A stretch of 48,623 nt of DNA from positions 1-48,623 of the IMG/VR virus record IMGVR_UViG_3300020365_000026. One strand, given 5' to 3'. A model generated the notes under the pieces. It did not search any database and was not told the origin of the DNA. It worked only from the letters and a program-made list of their open reading frames with translations. Both the position numbers and the translations under genes were made by a program. The stretch is from a virus. Lineage: Duplodnaviria; Caudoviricetes. Positions 47,635-48,623 of the stretch are shown piece after piece (the stretch's first letter is position 1; each line of letters starts with the position of its first letter).

Positions 47635-48211
47635 TAAGTTTATCCCTTATAAATTCGTATGTTTTGGGCTCAATAGTGCCAAAAAATTCTCTAAAAATCA
47701 TCATCTTTTGATTGTCATTTAGGCTGTCATTCTTCATTGCTGTTCTAAAATCTGTAGCACTCATACCGCCTTCTTGTATGCCCACTTCAAGTATGTAAGC
47801 ACCTTGGTCACTAGGTACCATTTCAGCACCTGGTTCATAATCTCGCAAGAAGCCACCTCTTTTTAACCTACCTGCATCTTTGGCACTGAATACAAGTATA
47901 ACCGCAGTATCATCTGGGTTTTTGCCAGTTAGTTTTACGTCTGGTCTGTATGGTTGTGTCTGCACTATGTTGTTCAAAGGTATGTTAAACATGTCATTCA
48001 TTATCATACGTTTTTCATCAAAGCTAAAAGGATCACGCTCAGGTGTCGCAGTTTTGCTTACTGTAGTAGCGATAAATACGTTAGAGGAACCAAACTGTTC
48101 CACTAGATCCATATAAACCTTATGATGACCTTTGTGCATAGGCTGAAATCTACCACCGTAAAAAACAGCAATATCTTTTGCTATATCTTCTGTCAACTGT
48201 GCATATTTCAT
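47618..48211 (-). CDS. HIGH-motif nucleotidyltransferase (cytidylyltransferase-like)
   Basis: YGGRFQPMHKGH, DPFSFDEK and MSATDFR; AGGAG RBS upstream. Confidence 0.8.
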   Translation of the reverse strand: MKYAQLTEDIAKDIAVFYGGRFQPMHKGHHKVYMDLVEQFGSSNVFIATTVSKTATPERDPFSFDEKRMIMNDMFNIPLNNIVQTQPYRPDVKLTGKNPDDTAVILVFSAKDAGRLKRGGFLRDYEPGAEMVPSDQGAYILEVGIQEGGMSATDFRTAMKNDSLNDNQKMMIFREFFGTIEPKTYEFIRDKLNASAS

Positions 48212-48230
48212 TGGGTGTCTCCTATAGTTG

Positions 48231-48238
48231 TATTTATA
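48231..48238 (-). promoter_or_regulatory. T4-type late promoter TATAAATA heading the tail operon
   Basis: Exact consensus in the intergenic region upstream of the RBS for 48211. Confidence 0.75.
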
Positions 48239-48259
48239 GGATAATTATATGTGTAGTTA

Positions 48260-48288
48260 TTGACATTGCACCAAATATTGTGTATAAT
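48260..48288 (+). promoter_or_regulatory. consensus sigma70 promoter TTGACA-N17-TATAAT
   Basis: TTGACA at 48260-48265, TATAAT at 48283-48288, AT-rich upstream sequence and AAGGA RBS at 48299-48303. Confidence 0.85.
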
Positions 48289-48309
48289 GGAATCAAATAA
48301 GGAATTACA

Positions 48310-48623
48310 ATGAGGAAACAAAATTATTTAAACAACAAGGACATGCTAAAGGAAATACACAAAAGCAAATTGAGCTTTTGTTATGTACTAGACGACGAAT
48401 ATGCAAGATTTGATACAATCGTCGAAGACTTAGAAGATGTTAACAAACCTGAAGTTATTCAAACAGCAAAAGAAAACAGAGCAAGACAATTAAGTACAGA
48501 AGCATACGAAACTGCATATTTAGAATGGTATAATGATCCTAAAAGCAAACAAAGTCAGAAACCAAAACAAATCAATTACAAAATAGATCCAGACACAATA
48601 GACGAACAAAGTCTAGTTTTTAG
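48310..48623 (+). CDS. gp55: late-transcription sigma factor, gp55-like (5' part, truncated by the window edge; not in the ORF track)
   Basis: Open frame MRKQNYLNNKDMLKEIHKSK...; NYLNNKD resembles the (H/N)YVNNK(E/D) N-terminus of T4-like gp55; consistent with the TATAAATA promoters in the window. The C-terminal core is not visible. Confidence 0.6.
   Translation, partial: MRKQNYLNNKDMLKEIHKSKLSFCYVLDDEYARFDTIVEDLEDVNKPEVIQTAKENRARQLSTEAYETAYLEWYNDPKSKQSQKPKQINYKIDPDTIDEQSLVF

Noticed and set aside
192-48116. Numerous 60-125 aa plus-strand ORFs
   Set aside because: Antisense shadows of long motif-bearing minus-strand genes, without recognisable motifs; only 935-1252 and 48310 onward are supported on the plus strand.
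1-48623. Alternative genetic code (stop-codon reassignment) as in some large phages
   Set aside because: Standard code gives near-complete coding density including a 3770-aa ORF, and TAA, TGA and TAG all terminate genes (TAG at 21378 and 1252).

Overview
AT-rich window from a large T4-like (gp55-type late transcription) myophage genome; almost every gene is on the minus strand. In transcription order (right to left): (i) a HIGH-motif nucleotidyltransferase and a baseplate/tail module (48.2-23.6 kb) with tube-initiator-like, gp53-like, hub plus peptidase M15, gp5-like spike, a degenerate lysozyme, gp25, gp6, a 3770-aa giant virion protein, a small baseplate protein, a fibre with an autocleaving chaperone, and a tail protein carrying (GY)10 and (GY)6 tracts; (ii) directly downstream, a ~23-kb tightly coupled modification cluster (23.5-0 kb) with three glycosyltransferase-like genes, ten radical SAM enzymes (eight with an N-terminal twitch-type Cys motif, one with a C-terminal one, one split into two genes), an SGNH-like protein, two paralogous His/Glu-motif proteins, a 66-aa protein with its own promoter and RBS, a sulfotransferase, an RPE-family epimerase, an NTP-transferase/kinase fusion, a SIS isomerase, a HAD phosphatase, an APS-kinase-like protein and a second HIGH nucleotidyltransferase; (iii) at the right edge, a consensus sigma70 promoter driving the start of a gp55-like late sigma factor on the plus strand. 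The best candidate for an undescribed system is a phage-encoded virion decoration pathway (glycosylation, sulfation and radical SAM chemistry), with the Tyr-Gly tracts of the adjacent tail protein and/or the 66-aa protein as possible substrates. All family calls come from motif recognition by eye; no database search was run.
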